Assembly (NCBI GenBank): GCA_028715175.1
Contig: JAQUSJ010000001.1
Coordinates: 610,386 to 674,385 of the forward strand
Length of the DNA stretch: 64,000 nucleotides
Direction: 5' to 3'
Source: Candidatus Daviesbacteria bacterium
GTDB taxonomy: Bacteria > Patescibacteriota > Microgenomatia > Daviesbacterales > UBA10151
The translations under genes were made by a program, and so were the position numbers. This document shows, one piece after another, positions 19,957 through 32,231 of this stretch. Position 1 is the stretch's first letter; each line of letters opens with the position of its first letter. The notes beneath the pieces are model-generated. The model saw nothing but the letters and a program-made list of their open reading frames with translations. It did no database searches and was not told the origin of the DNA.

Positions 19957-21006
19957 TTTCAAAAGCTTGCTTAATAATTCCGGACGCAGAGCAAATCGGA
20001 GTGCCACTTCCTGAGAAATTTTCCCTCCTTTTACCAAAACAGCAAGAGAGCGCTCAAGAGTTTGCATCCCAAGTTCTGCTGATGTTTCAATAATATTGTC
20101 TATCAAATATGTCTTTGCCTCGCGAATAATATTCCTTACGGCAGGAGTAGTAAATAATATTTCAGATGCCAAAATCCTTCCCGGTTCAATGGTCGGAACC
20201 AGACGAAGCGACAGAATTGCCTCCAGGGTCGATGCCAGCTGAAGTCTGATTTGTGGTTGTTGTATTTCGGGAAAAACATCAATAATCCGGTCAATAGATT
20301 GCGTAGATGAATTTGTATGAAGAGTTGCAAAAACCAAATGACCGGTTTCTGCAATGGTCATAGCTGAAGATATAGTTTCTAAATCCCTCATTTCACCGAT
20401 TAAAACTACATCCGGATCTTCCCGTAAAGCTGAACGCAGGGCATTTCCCCAGGATCTTGTGTCAGAATACATTTCCCTTTGTTCAATCAAAGATTTTCCC
20501 GGAGGGTACATATATTCAATTGGGTCTTCAACGGTAAGGACATGGACTGCCCGGGTCTTGTTAATCTTATTTATAAATGAAGCTAACGTTGTGGATTTAC
20601 CATGACCGGTCGGTCCGGTCACTAAAATAAAACCTTGCTTTAAATCTATCAGACGGTTGACAACGGAAGGAAAACCCAATTCTTCAACTTCCGGTATGCG
20701 ATAGGGGATAAGCCGCAAAGCCGCCGACGGGTAACCTTTTTGTCTATACAGGTTAACCCGAAATCTAGCTTTAGATTCAAATTCAAACGAAAAATCAAGT
20801 TCAAAAACTTGTTTATAGATATTTTTTTGAATATCCGAGAGAAGAGGTTGAATCAAGCTATCAATTTGTTCCGGAGTAGTTGGTACTTCACCGGGTACGG
20901 GAAAAAGATCACCATGAATTCGGAGGATAGGCGGAGATCCGACAGATAAATGTAAATCAGAAGCATTTCTTTGAATAGTTAAATCTAATAATTGTTGTAT
21001 GTTCAT
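19954..21006 (-). CDS. pilT: Pilus retraction ATPase PilT
   Basis: ASDLHL, GPTGHGKSTT, ALREDPD, AETGHLV, AVRNIIRE. Confidence 0.95.
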   Translation of the reverse strand: MNIQQLLDLTIQRNASDLHLSVGSPPILRIHGDLFPVPGEVPTTPEQIDSLIQPLLSDIQKNIYKQVFELDFSFEFESKARFRVNLYRQKGYPSAALRLIPYRIPEVEELGFPSVVNRLIDLKQGFILVTGPTGHGKSTTLASFINKINKTRAVHVLTVEDPIEYMYPPGKSLIEQREMYSDTRSWGNALRSALREDPDVVLIGEMRDLETISSAMTIAETGHLVFATLHTNSSTQSIDRIIDVFPEIQQPQIRLQLASTLEAILSLRLVPTIEPGRILASEILFTTPAVRNIIREAKTYLIDNIIETSAELGMQTLERSLAVLVKGGKISQEVALRFALRPELLSKLLK

Positions 21007-21013
21007 TTAATTT

Positions 21014-22732
21014 CTAATCCTGGGCCACTCTCAGGACTTCTTCCATGGTAGTTATACCCTCCAATACTTTCATATAACCATCCTGTTTCATCGTGATCAT
21101 ACCTTCTCCCACAGCAGCTTCTTCAATTACGCCGGATGATGTATGCTCTAAGACTAGCTTGGATATTTTGTCTGTTAAACTTAAAACTTCAAATATTCCA
21201 ATCCTGCCTAAATATCCGGTATTACCGCAAAAACTACACCCCTTACCCTTGTATAATTTCATATTTGCCGATTGGGATTGCGGGATAAATTTTCCTAAAA
21301 CTTGTTTAATATTGCCGATTACTTCCGGGGGAGCATTAAATTCCACCTTACAATGCGGATCAATTTTCCTGACAACTCTTTGTCCAACAATAGCATTTAG
21401 AGCAGACGTCAACAAAAAAGGTTCAACTCCCATATCTAAAAGCCTGGGAGGCGCACCGGCTGCGGAATTCGTATGAACAGTAGAAAACACTTGATGACCT
21501 GTTAGCGCCGCCTGTATTGCCAACTCCGCAGTTTCGGTATCTCTTATCTCACCAACCATTATGATATTCGGATCTTGCCTTAAAAAGCTTCGTAAGGTCG
21601 ATGCAAAAGTTAAGCCGACGCCGGTATTGACTTGAACTTGATTAACTCCGGGAATCTGGTATTCAACCGGATCTTCAATCGTTACCACATTCACCCTGGT
21701 GGTTGATATTTTGGTTAAAATTGAATAAAGTGTTGTGGTTTTACCGGAACCGGTTGGTCCGCAAACCAGGATAATGCCATGCGCGCGAAGCAATTGGCTT
21801 TCCAAAGCTTTAAGAGAAGCTCCTCTCAGACCCAGTTCCAAAAGCGATGGCGCGCCTGTTGATTTGGGAAGCAACCTCAAAACTACTTTCTCTCCGAATA
21901 CAGTCGGCACTGTGGAAATCCTAAGATCTACAATATTTTGTCCATAGGTAAAAGTAAACCTGCCATCCTGGGGCAGACGTTTTTCATCAATTTTCAAAAC
22001 GGCAAGGATTTTAATTCTTGAAACAAGCGCATCATGCACGCCTTTTGGAAGAAGAATTTTCTCTTGTAATATCCCGTCTATCCTATATCTAACCCTAGTT
22101 CTGTTTTCTTGAGGCTCGATATGGACATCAGAGGCCCTATTTTTTATGGCATATTCTAAAAGCTGGTCAATAATGTTGGAAACAGGTGCCTCGCGTAAAA
22201 TCTCGGGCCCCACTTGAACCTCTTTCATTGGCCTAACAGCTGCAACTTCCTTGAGCGCAGAAGTTACTTCTGAAGTTAAGTTTTGAGCATATTGATCTGA
22301 GATGTCCTGCAGAATGTCTTCTGCAAGCGCCAAATACGGCTTCACTCTAAGTCCGGTCCTTTTTTCGACAAATTGAGTAATCTGGATATCTAAAGGATCT
22401 GCCATTGCCACCCATAATTCTTCTCCTTTTTTTTCAAATGGAATTATTTGATAACGGCGGGCTGCAACTTCCGGCACTAAATTTAAGACATCCGCCGCAA
22501 TGGCCCGACCGGCCAGGGAAATATAAGGAACATTTAAAATCTGCGCTTTGGCTTGAGCTATTTTGTTATTCGGCACCAAATTCCGCTGAATTAAGATTTT
22601 TTCCACCGGTGTACCGGAATTAATACTTTCCAGCTTTATTGCAGAAACCTGATCTGAGCTTATCACTCCTTCTTTAAAAAGGATTTCCTCCAGTGTAGAA
22701 CCGGACGGATTTTGGGCAAGATTACTGGGCAT
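21014..22732 (-). CDS. pilB: Pilus assembly ATPase PilB
   Basis: ASDVHIEP, PQDGRF, GPTGSGKTTT, LRQDP, GEIRD. Confidence 0.95.
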   Translation of the reverse strand: MPSNLAQNPSGSTLEEILFKEGVISSDQVSAIKLESINSGTPVEKILIQRNLVPNNKIAQAKAQILNVPYISLAGRAIAADVLNLVPEVAARRYQIIPFEKKGEELWVAMADPLDIQITQFVEKRTGLRVKPYLALAEDILQDISDQYAQNLTSEVTSALKEVAAVRPMKEVQVGPEILREAPVSNIIDQLLEYAIKNRASDVHIEPQENRTRVRYRIDGILQEKILLPKGVHDALVSRIKILAVLKIDEKRLPQDGRFTFTYGQNIVDLRISTVPTVFGEKVVLRLLPKSTGAPSLLELGLRGASLKALESQLLRAHGIILVCGPTGSGKTTTLYSILTKISTTRVNVVTIEDPVEYQIPGVNQVQVNTGVGLTFASTLRSFLRQDPNIIMVGEIRDTETAELAIQAALTGHQVFSTVHTNSAAGAPPRLLDMGVEPFLLTSALNAIVGQRVVRKIDPHCKVEFNAPPEVIGNIKQVLGKFIPQSQSANMKLYKGKGCSFCGNTGYLGRIGIFEVLSLTDKISKLVLEHTSSGVIEEAAVGEGMITMKQDGYMKVLEGITTMEEVLRVAQD

Positions 22733-22757
22733 ACCTCCATTATGTTAGAATCTCCGT

Positions 22758-23438
22758 ATGATTGCAAGGCTTTTAATTTCACCTAATATTGAAAGAGGGG
22801 TAGAGGAGATAAAAAAGATACTGGCTTCCCACATTCCAGGTGGAAATACAAACCACCCTGATTTATTATACATTAAGGCTGGAGAAAAACTTGGCATTGC
22901 TGAGGCTAAAAGGATAAAAGGATTTTTCTCCTTGAAACCATATTCTGCTTCCGGAAGAGCAGTTGTCCTGGAAGACACATCAACTTTAACTGCCGAAGCC
23001 CAAAATGCCCTGTTAAAAACCCTTGAGGAGCTGCCTAGGGAAGCAATCTTGATTCTGGGTGCTGCCTCCGACGACAATCTCTTACCAACTATCCTGTCAA
23101 GATGCGAGATCATCAGACTTAAACCTAAAAGTGATGATACACTAGAGTATCATAGTAAATACACTGAAGATCTGGATAAACTATTAAATACCTCTTTGGA
23201 AGAACGGTTTGAATATATAGAAAAATTAAAAGACCGGGAAGAATTTTTGCATTACATGGTATACTTCTTCCGCCAAAAAATGGTTGAACCTATTACGCAC
23301 GCAAGGCCTAGCCTTGCAAGGCTAGAAGTAACAGGCTTTTTAAAAGAGCTCTTGCAAGCAGAAAAATGGGCCAAACAAAATGTCAACATCAGGGCCATTT
23401 TGGAATATCTAATGCTAAAAATGCCCAAGAAGGATTAA
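22758..23438 (+). CDS. holB: DNA polymerase III delta-prime-like subunit (short form)
   Basis: HPDL, AQNALLKTLEE, LLPTILSRC. Confidence 0.75.
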   Translation: MIARLLISPNIERGVEEIKKILASHIPGGNTNHPDLLYIKAGEKLGIAEAKRIKGFFSLKPYSASGRAVVLEDTSTLTAEAQNALLKTLEELPREAILILGAASDDNLLPTILSRCEIIRLKPKSDDTLEYHSKYTEDLDKLLNTSLEERFEYIEKLKDREEFLHYMVYFFRQKMVEPITHARPSLARLEVTGFLKELLQAEKWAKQNVNIRAILEYLMLKMPKKD

Positions 23439-23439
23439 T

Positions 23440-24057
23440 ATGCGCTTGAATCCAGAAAGCAATACACAGGTCCCAAAAAAGCTAGTAGTTATAACAGGTT
23501 CTTCAGGTACAGGTAAATCAACTCTGGCAGTATGCCTAGGAAAAGAATTTGGCTATCCAATCGTCTGTAAGGACATCTATGCTTCAATATTCCCTGCTTC
23601 ATATGGAGACGAGTACCAACAGTTATACCGTTCCGATACACATCAAAAAATGCGAGAAGCAATAAAAATACTTTTATCCCTGGGGTGCAGCGTTATTGTT
23701 GATGTTGTCCACAGCAAGGAGGTTAAAAAACCGGACTGGGATGGTTGGATACCTTGGTATACTCAAGTAGGTAAACTTTATCAAGCTGAAGTTGATTTCA
23801 TCAGAGTTATTGTAACAGAAAAAGATCAAAGAGAAAGACTAGAAAGACGCAACTCGCCCTTTGATGCAGATAAACTTAGCTCGCCTGAAGCATGGCAACG
23901 TTTTCAAAAAGAACAACCTATTAATATTGATACGCATCCTGAAAATGGTTTAATCGTCTGGAATAGCAGACCTTTTGCAGAAACTTTTGCAGAAACTAAG
24001 GCATTTCTATTACGTCCGCGTCCGGCCCTATCCCTAGTAAGAAGTAGTTTATTATAA
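23440..24057 (+). CDS. P-loop kinase (AAA_33-like)
   Basis: GSSGTGKST Walker A, VIVD, ERLERR lid. Confidence 0.7.
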   Translation: MRLNPESNTQVPKKLVVITGSSGTGKSTLAVCLGKEFGYPIVCKDIYASIFPASYGDEYQQLYRSDTHQKMREAIKILLSLGCSVIVDVVHSKEVKKPDWDGWIPWYTQVGKLYQAEVDFIRVIVTEKDQRERLERRNSPFDADKLSSPEAWQRFQKEQPINIDTHPENGLIVWNSRPFAETFAETKAFLLRPRPALSLVRSSLL

Positions 24058-24080
24058 GAGAGGATTATGTTAAACTATAG

Positions 24081-26126
<2,046 letters not shown>

Positions 26127-26194
26127 AATTAAGAAGTGAACGCAGTCCTGAGCAAGGTCGAAAGACCAAGTTAGCTACATTAGATATATGAGAT

Positions 26195-26851
26195 ATGGAT
26201 GATTTAACAGAAAGACAAGAGTTTGCACAACGAATTACCGAGGAACTCAAGAGACAGTGGCAATTTTGGCATAATCTGGTTGAAATCAAGGGCGAAGAAG
26301 ACGATATGCCTGACACGAAAGAATATCAATTTGTAATAGATAGAAGAACTGAGGACGAATCGCTTTTTACCGCAGATAGCGTAACAATTCTTAGTCTAGG
26401 GAATATACCCTTAGAAGATTGGACGAGAACTATACCAGAACTGACGACAAGAGCGAATGAGGAATGGATCCAAATTACTGTAGATCCTAAAAACCCATAC
26501 AATACTAAGTTAGGCATTTACTCTGGAGAAGATGTTTTTCTTTCTGGGAAGAAAAATGATTTTTACTATACGGAAGTATTAGATGTCTTTTTGTCAAATC
26601 AAGGTAGAGCATTCGAACATACCACGTGGGATTGGGTTGCAATACCATCTTCCTATCCATCTCAATATGAACATCGCTCTTACTTAAAAAGGTGTCCTAC
26701 GCCGGAAGAAATTCAAGTTACATTTACAACAGAACCAGAAGAGGAATATACTGAACCCTTTCAGCCTTTAAAGGGATTTAGTCTAGAAAGATTAGGTTTT
26801 TTAGTGATGAAAGTCAAAATGGGTGAAATCATAGAACCGCCGTCTCAATAA
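26195..26851 (+). CDS. Hypothetical acidic protein
   Basis: 218-aa ORF, no motif recognised. Confidence 0.55.
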   Translation: MDDLTERQEFAQRITEELKRQWQFWHNLVEIKGEEDDMPDTKEYQFVIDRRTEDESLFTADSVTILSLGNIPLEDWTRTIPELTTRANEEWIQITVDPKNPYNTKLGIYSGEDVFLSGKKNDFYYTEVLDVFLSNQGRAFEHTTWDWVAIPSSYPSQYEHRSYLKRCPTPEEIQVTFTTEPEEEYTEPFQPLKGFSLERLGFLVMKVKMGEIIEPPSQ

Positions 26852-26947
26852 CTCCAATAAAGTTAAGTCCACCTGCCAAGCGAATTGTATTGGCGCCTAC
26901 ACCTTTCTCGCATAAAAATACAAAAAATCATATAATGTAGCCTGATT

Positions 26948-28282
26948 ATGGCTAAAAGAATACATTTTTTGGGAATAGGGGGGAGTGGGGCATCGGCTGC
27001 TGCTGCTATTGCAGAGGGTCAGGGTTTTGAAGTAACCGGATGCGATCTACAACCCCACAACGAATTTACTACCCAATTCAAAAACTCCCAACTTCTAGTA
27101 GGCCACAACCCCAAACATTTACATTTGAGCGTCCACCCCGGGGGTGTCCATACAAATATCTTGGTTACAAATATCTTGGTTGTTACGCCGGCTATTTTTT
27201 CTTTGGATCCGGAAAATCCGGAACTTTTGGCAGCCAAGAAAAAAGGTATTCCAATCATGACCTGGCAGAAGTTTACAGGAGAGTATCTGACTAAAGGTAA
27301 ATTTGTGATTGCTGTTTGCGGTACCCACGGCAAAACCACCACCACAGCCATGATTGCAAAAATACTGGAGGATAATGGACTTGACCCAACAGTACTCCTG
27401 GGAGCAATAGTGCCTAAGTGGGGGACAAACTATCGCATACCACGACAAAAAGTTCACGATCGTGAATATTTTATCATCGAAGCTGATGAGTTTAATGATA
27501 ATTTTTTACACCTCAAACCTGACATCAATGTTGTTACTAATATCGAGATGGATCACCCGGAATATTTTAAGGATTTTGAAGCAGTTAAGAAAAGCTTTAA
27601 AAAATTCCTGCTCCAAACAAAAACAACTGTTGTAGCAAACTTAACTGATTCCGGTGTTGCGGAAGTAGTAAAAGTTACCATGAAGCAATCCGGTATACAG
27701 TATTTGGATTATTCTAAAAACGAATTAGGCATTACTCTTAAAATTCCCGGAGAATTTAACAAATCAAATGCCCGGGCAGCATTTCAAGTTGGACTCTTGT
27801 TGGGAATTGATCCCCGGATCATCCAGAAAAGTTTATCCGGTTACCCGGGAGTAAGCAGAAGGTTTGAATATATTGGAGAATACCGGGGTAGTAAAGTTTA
27901 CTCTGACTTCGGTCATCACCCCACAGAGATTGCTAAAACCATGGAAGCAGCCCGTCAGAAATTCCCAAAAGAAAGAATTTGGCTGATTTATGAACCGCAT
28001 ATGTTCACCAGAACCAAGGCTTTATTTGATGATTTCGTAAAAGTGTTTAGGCAAATTCCGACAGATAAAATCATCATCACTGATATTTATCCCAGTAGGG
28101 AAGTTGACGAAGGAATTGTTTCCTCAAAACAACTGGCCGAAGCTGTAGGCTATGATAGACTAGTCTATCATAGTAAAAATGAACCACTATCAATTCTCAA
28201 AAGTCAAATCCAAAAAGGAGATATTGTCTTTTTTATGGGAGCAGGGAATATAGATAAACTGGCTAAAGAGTTGGCAGGGTAA
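26948..28282 (+). CDS. murC: UDP-N-acetylmuramate--L-alanine ligase
   Basis: GIGGSG, GTHGKTTT, EADE, MDHPEY, DFGHHPTE, MGAG. Confidence 0.9.
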   Translation: MAKRIHFLGIGGSGASAAAAIAEGQGFEVTGCDLQPHNEFTTQFKNSQLLVGHNPKHLHLSVHPGGVHTNILVTNILVVTPAIFSLDPENPELLAAKKKGIPIMTWQKFTGEYLTKGKFVIAVCGTHGKTTTTAMIAKILEDNGLDPTVLLGAIVPKWGTNYRIPRQKVHDREYFIIEADEFNDNFLHLKPDINVVTNIEMDHPEYFKDFEAVKKSFKKFLLQTKTTVVANLTDSGVAEVVKVTMKQSGIQYLDYSKNELGITLKIPGEFNKSNARAAFQVGLLLGIDPRIIQKSLSGYPGVSRRFEYIGEYRGSKVYSDFGHHPTEIAKTMEAARQKFPKERIWLIYEPHMFTRTKALFDDFVKVFRQIPTDKIIITDIYPSREVDEGIVSSKQLAEAVGYDRLVYHSKNEPLSILKSQIQKGDIVFFMGAGNIDKLAKELAG

Positions 28283-29066
28283 TTTGTTGTAACTTACCAT
28301 TTAAAATCTTTCCAAAAAATCGGCTGGCCACCTGTAAAACTCTCTCAGGCGCATCTGTGACATAAAATTCATATCTTGGTTTCTTATTTGAAAGCAATCT
28401 TTTCTCTTCTAAAATCTTTCTTAAACTTTGAGCCGTTGGTTTTGCAGAATCCACTAAGCTAACTTTTCTTCCCATCACCGCCTGAATAATTTTACTAAGT
28501 AGAGGATAATGGGTACATCCTAAAATCAATGTATCAATTTGTCTTTTCTTCAATCCTTTAAGATAACCTTCGGCTAGCAATTTTGTCGCCTGATGAGTTT
28601 CCAAGCCTTCTTCAGCAATTGGCACAAAAAGCGGGCAAGGAATGCTATCGACCTCTATCTTTGGATTTATTTCATGGATTTTTTTATCATAAGTTTTGCT
28701 ATTTATCGTTCCTACTGTACCGATAACACCAATTTTTCGATTTTTGGTTGTTTTGATAGCCAACTGTATCGTGGACTCAACAACGCCCAGCACTGGAACA
28801 GGGGAAATTTTTTTTATCTCTTCCAGGGCAACGGAAGAAACAGTATTGCATGCCACCACCAAACACTTAACATTCCTCTTTAAAAGAAAATTAGTTAACT
28901 CTTTGGCAAACCTGGTGATAATTTCTTTTGATCTTGTTCCGTATGGAACTCTGGCAGTATCTCCTATATAAATGATGCTCTCATCTGGCAACTGTTTAAC
29001 AATTTCTTTTGTAACAGTCAGTCCGCCAATGCCGGAATCAAAAATTCCAATTGGATTGTTGTTCAC
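28263..29066 (-). CDS. murI: Glutamate racemase
   Basis: FDSGIGG, VPYG, ACNT, LGCTHY; GTG start 29066. Confidence 0.95.
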   Translation of the reverse strand: MNNNPIGIFDSGIGGLTVTKEIVKQLPDESIIYIGDTARVPYGTRSKEIITRFAKELTNFLLKRNVKCLVVACNTVSSVALEEIKKISPVPVLGVVESTIQLAIKTTKNRKIGVIGTVGTINSKTYDKKIHEINPKIEVDSIPCPLFVPIAEEGLETHQATKLLAEGYLKGLKKRQIDTLILGCTHYPLLSKIIQAVMGRKVSLVDSAKPTAQSLRKILEEKRLLSNKKPRYEFYVTDAPERVLQVASRFFGKILNGKLQQITLPTL

Positions 29067-29088
29067 AAGATAAGTATAATACCATCTT

Positions 29089-29712
29089 ATGGCAAACAAT
29101 GGGCAAAATTATTGCACTCTTTATATAGTTCGTCATGGCCAGACCGACTGGAATCTTAAGGAAATAACTCAGGGAGAAACAAATATTCCTTTAAACAACA
29201 AAGGCATTAAACAAGCAAAAGCTCTAGGGAAAAATTTAAAGAATATTCACTTTGATGTGGTATTTTCTTCGGATCTAATTCGTGCCAAACAAACTGCAGA
29301 AGTGATCAATCTGGAAAGAAAACTTGCTATTAAAACTGCCAAAGCTTTACGGGAAAGGCGCTATGGTAAACACGAGGGCACTCCTCAATCAGAAATGAAA
29401 GAAATTTATGATACTTGGGAAAAGTTAAGCAAAAAAGAAAGATTAAGTTACAAACCCTATGAAAGCTATGAAACTGATGAAGAAATAATCGGGAGATATA
29501 TTACATTTTTGCGGGAAGTCGCTGTTTTATACTTAGGCAAAACAGTTTTGATTGTCTCTCACGGGGGAGTAATGAGAGTTTTATTAAATCATTTATCAGA
29601 AAAAATATATTTTACAAATTCTATTTCTAATGCAGCCTTTATTAAATTAGAGTCTGATGGAGTGGACTTTTTTATTAAAGAACTGAAAGGTATTAAAAAT
29701 CCCGATGAATAG
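29089..29712 (+). CDS. Histidine phosphatase (phosphoglycerate mutase family)
   Basis: RHGQT, SSDLIRAKQTA, SHGG. Confidence 0.9.
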   Translation: MANNGQNYCTLYIVRHGQTDWNLKEITQGETNIPLNNKGIKQAKALGKNLKNIHFDVVFSSDLIRAKQTAEVINLERKLAIKTAKALRERRYGKHEGTPQSEMKEIYDTWEKLSKKERLSYKPYESYETDEEIIGRYITFLREVAVLYLGKTVLIVSHGGVMRVLLNHLSEKIYFTNSISNAAFIKLESDGVDFFIKELKGIKNPDE

Positions 29713-31105
29713 TTTTAAAAAAGTTTTGGTCTTTGGATTAGGGCTTAATGAGGGTGGGGTGGGATCTGCCAGATTTTTTGCAAGACAAGGAGCCAAAGTC
29801 AGGGTAACTGATTTAAAAACTAAAGAAGTTTTAAAACCTTCTTTGCATGAGTTAAGAAATTTTCCGCAAATAGAATATACCTTAGGTAAACACAAAAATA
29901 AGGATATAGATTGGGCGGATTTAATTATCAAAAACCCGGCAATTAAACCAGGAAATCCTTACCTGGAATATGCCACAAAATTGGGTAAACAGATTGACAC
30001 AGACATGGGAATTTTTCTGCAATATGTACGACCTGACCAGATCATTGGAGTAACCGGAACCAAAGGCAAATCCACTACTGCCTCGCTAATTTATGAGGTA
30101 CTCAGCAAATCCTTAGGTGTCAACCTATCCCACCCCAGGGGTGGACAACGCACACACCCCTGGAAAAATGTTATTCTGGCCGGCAATATCGGCAAAAGCG
30201 TTCTGGAAACAATTTCGTTTGTTAAAAACAATACCTTAGTGGTCCTGGAGTTATCTTCATTCCAGCTGGAAGCATATGATACGCACAAAGTTTCTCCAAA
30301 ATGGGCAGTAATCACAAACATCACTCCTGACCATCTTAATTATTACCAAACAATGGCAGAATATATTAAATCTAAAAAAATAATAGGCAAATATCAAAGC
30401 AAAACCGATTATCTTTTTTTGCGGAAAAATGATCCGATTACTACCATACCTGACTTCTTAAAGGAACTAAAGGGAAAAATTATTTATTATTCTAAAAATG
30501 ATTTACCAGAAAACTTTCGTCCTCAACTTTTAGGCAGTCATAATCTGGAAAATATTGCTGCCGCACTGTCTTTAACAAAAACCTTTGGAATTGATAAAAA
30601 ATCTGCTCTCAAAATTCTATCAAAGTTCAAAGGTGTCCCATTTCGGATGGAGTTAATCAAGAAGTGGAATGGAGTGAAAATATACAATGACACTGCTGCC
30701 ACCAGCCCGGAAGCAGGAATCCAGGCTGTAGAAACCTTAGGTGGCAACCTAACTTCACCCCTAGGGTGTCTAATCTTAATTTGCGGGGGAATGAACAAAA
30801 AAATGGATTATACAAAATATACGAGGGTCGTAGCTAAATTTGCCAAAAAGGTTTTCTTTTTGGAAGGGGACTCAACTGATGAAATAAATAAACAGCTGTC
30901 AGCTTTCAGTCGTCAGACGTCAGACAAAATTGCAGGGACCTATGATAATTTAGAAAAACTTCTCGCGGACGTCAAGAAAATTATAAAACCAAAAGATATT
31001 GTTCTGTTTTCGCCTGCCGCCACTTCTTTTAATTTATTTCAAAATGAATTTGACAGGGGTAGAAAATTTAATCAAGCTGTCAAAAAAGTTTTTAAAGATG
31101 CTTAA
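29705..31105 (+). CDS. murD: UDP-N-acetylmuramoyl-L-alanine--D-glutamate ligase
   Basis: GTKGKSTT, GNIG, ELSSFQL, DHLNY, FSPAATSF. Confidence 0.93.
   Translation: MNSFKKVLVFGLGLNEGGVGSARFFARQGAKVRVTDLKTKEVLKPSLHELRNFPQIEYTLGKHKNKDIDWADLIIKNPAIKPGNPYLEYATKLGKQIDTDMGIFLQYVRPDQIIGVTGTKGKSTTASLIYEVLSKSLGVNLSHPRGGQRTHPWKNVILAGNIGKSVLETISFVKNNTLVVLELSSFQLEAYDTHKVSPKWAVITNITPDHLNYYQTMAEYIKSKKIIGKYQSKTDYLFLRKNDPITTIPDFLKELKGKIIYYSKNDLPENFRPQLLGSHNLENIAAALSLTKTFGIDKKSALKILSKFKGVPFRMELIKKWNGVKIYNDTAATSPEAGIQAVETLGGNLTSPLGCLILICGGMNKKMDYTKYTRVVAKFAKKVFFLEGDSTDEINKQLSAFSRQTSDKIAGTYDNLEKLLADVKKIIKPKDIVLFSPAATSFNLFQNEFDRGRKFNQAVKKVFKDA
30111..30163. repeat. RAYT-type REP copy in frame in murD
   Basis: GTGTCAACCTATCCCACCCCAGGGGTGG, 27/28 identical to 7441-7468. 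Confidence 0.88.
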
Positions 31106-32231
31106 ATTTCTAAATTCCTTTAAAAAAGGGTATGAAACTTTAAATAAAATTGAAGTTTCGCGGGATAATTTGCTGTACAACTATCATTATTTATCCTTAC
31201 TTAATAAAAAAGTGAGAATTGCTCCTGTTGTAAAAAGCAATGGTTATGGTCATGGCATTGTAAACGTAGCAAAAATTTTAGACCCGCTACAAACTCCATT
31301 TTTCTGTGTTGACAGTTTATTTGAAGCTTATGAATTACAAAAAGCCAAAATTAAAACTCCGATTTTAGTAATGGGTTATACCAATCCGGAAAATCTAAAG
31401 ATTAAAAAATTGCCATTCTCATTTACCGTTTATGATATTGATACGGCTAACATATTAAATCAATTCCAACCTGGTTGCAAAATCCATATTTTTGTCGATA
31501 CCGGAATGTACCGGGAAGGAATTCCTATAAAGGATTTACCGAATTTCTTAACAGCAATGAAACAATTTAACAATTTAACAATTGAAGGACTCATGTCACA
31601 CCTTGCCTCATCCGAAAGTAAAACCGATCCACTGTTTGTAAATCAAATAAAACAATTCAAAAAAGCAAAAGACAAATGTAAAAAATATGGCATTAATCCC
31701 AAATGGATCCATATTTCAGCAACAGGAGCTCTGATTAATCCTGAAACAAGAAAAATAATAGAAAAAATTTCCAATTTAACCCGGGCAGGACTTTCTTTAT
31801 ACGGTTTCTCCTCATCAACTTATGACGAAAATCTAAAACCAGCTTTAACATTAACAACTAAAATTATCCAAATAAAGAAAGTTTCAAAAGGTGAAAAATT
31901 AGGCTATGATGGAACATTCACTGCTAAAAAAGATACACTGATTGGGGTTGTACCGATAGGCTATTATGATGGTGTTGACAGAAGATTGTCTAACAAAGGA
32001 ACATTTTTAACGGATAATATAGAATGCCCTATACTTGGAAAGGTCTGTATGAATATAAATATAATTGATTTAAGCAGGTTGCCAAACCCAAAAGCAGGAC
32101 AAGAGGTTATTGTGTATTCTCGCAACCCCAAAGATAAAAATTCTATTGCAAACTCTGCCAGACTTTGCAAAACTATTCCCTATGATCTTTTGGTAAATTT
32201 GGCAGAAACAACCAGAAGGGTAATTATATGA
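31098..32231 (+). CDS. alr: Alanine racemase
   Basis: VVKSNGYGHG, DTGMYREG, GYYDG, GKVCMN; start ATG 31098. Confidence 0.93.
   Translation: MLKFLNSFKKGYETLNKIEVSRDNLLYNYHYLSLLNKKVRIAPVVKSNGYGHGIVNVAKILDPLQTPFFCVDSLFEAYELQKAKIKTPILVMGYTNPENLKIKKLPFSFTVYDIDTANILNQFQPGCKIHIFVDTGMYREGIPIKDLPNFLTAMKQFNNLTIEGLMSHLASSESKTDPLFVNQIKQFKKAKDKCKKYGINPKWIHISATGALINPETRKIIEKISNLTRAGLSLYGFSSSTYDENLKPALTLTTKIIQIKKVSKGEKLGYDGTFTAKKDTLIGVVPIGYYDGVDRRLSNKGTFLTDNIECPILGKVCMNINIIDLSRLPNPKAGQEVIVYSRNPKDKNSIANSARLCKTIPYDLLVNLAETTRRVII

Noticed and set aside
24047-24075. dif-like ATAA-N7-TTATGTTAAAC upstream of gyrB
   Set aside because: Spacer is 7 bp, the left arm is poor and overlaps a stop codon; better explained as an extended -10 (TGnTAAACT) like others in the window
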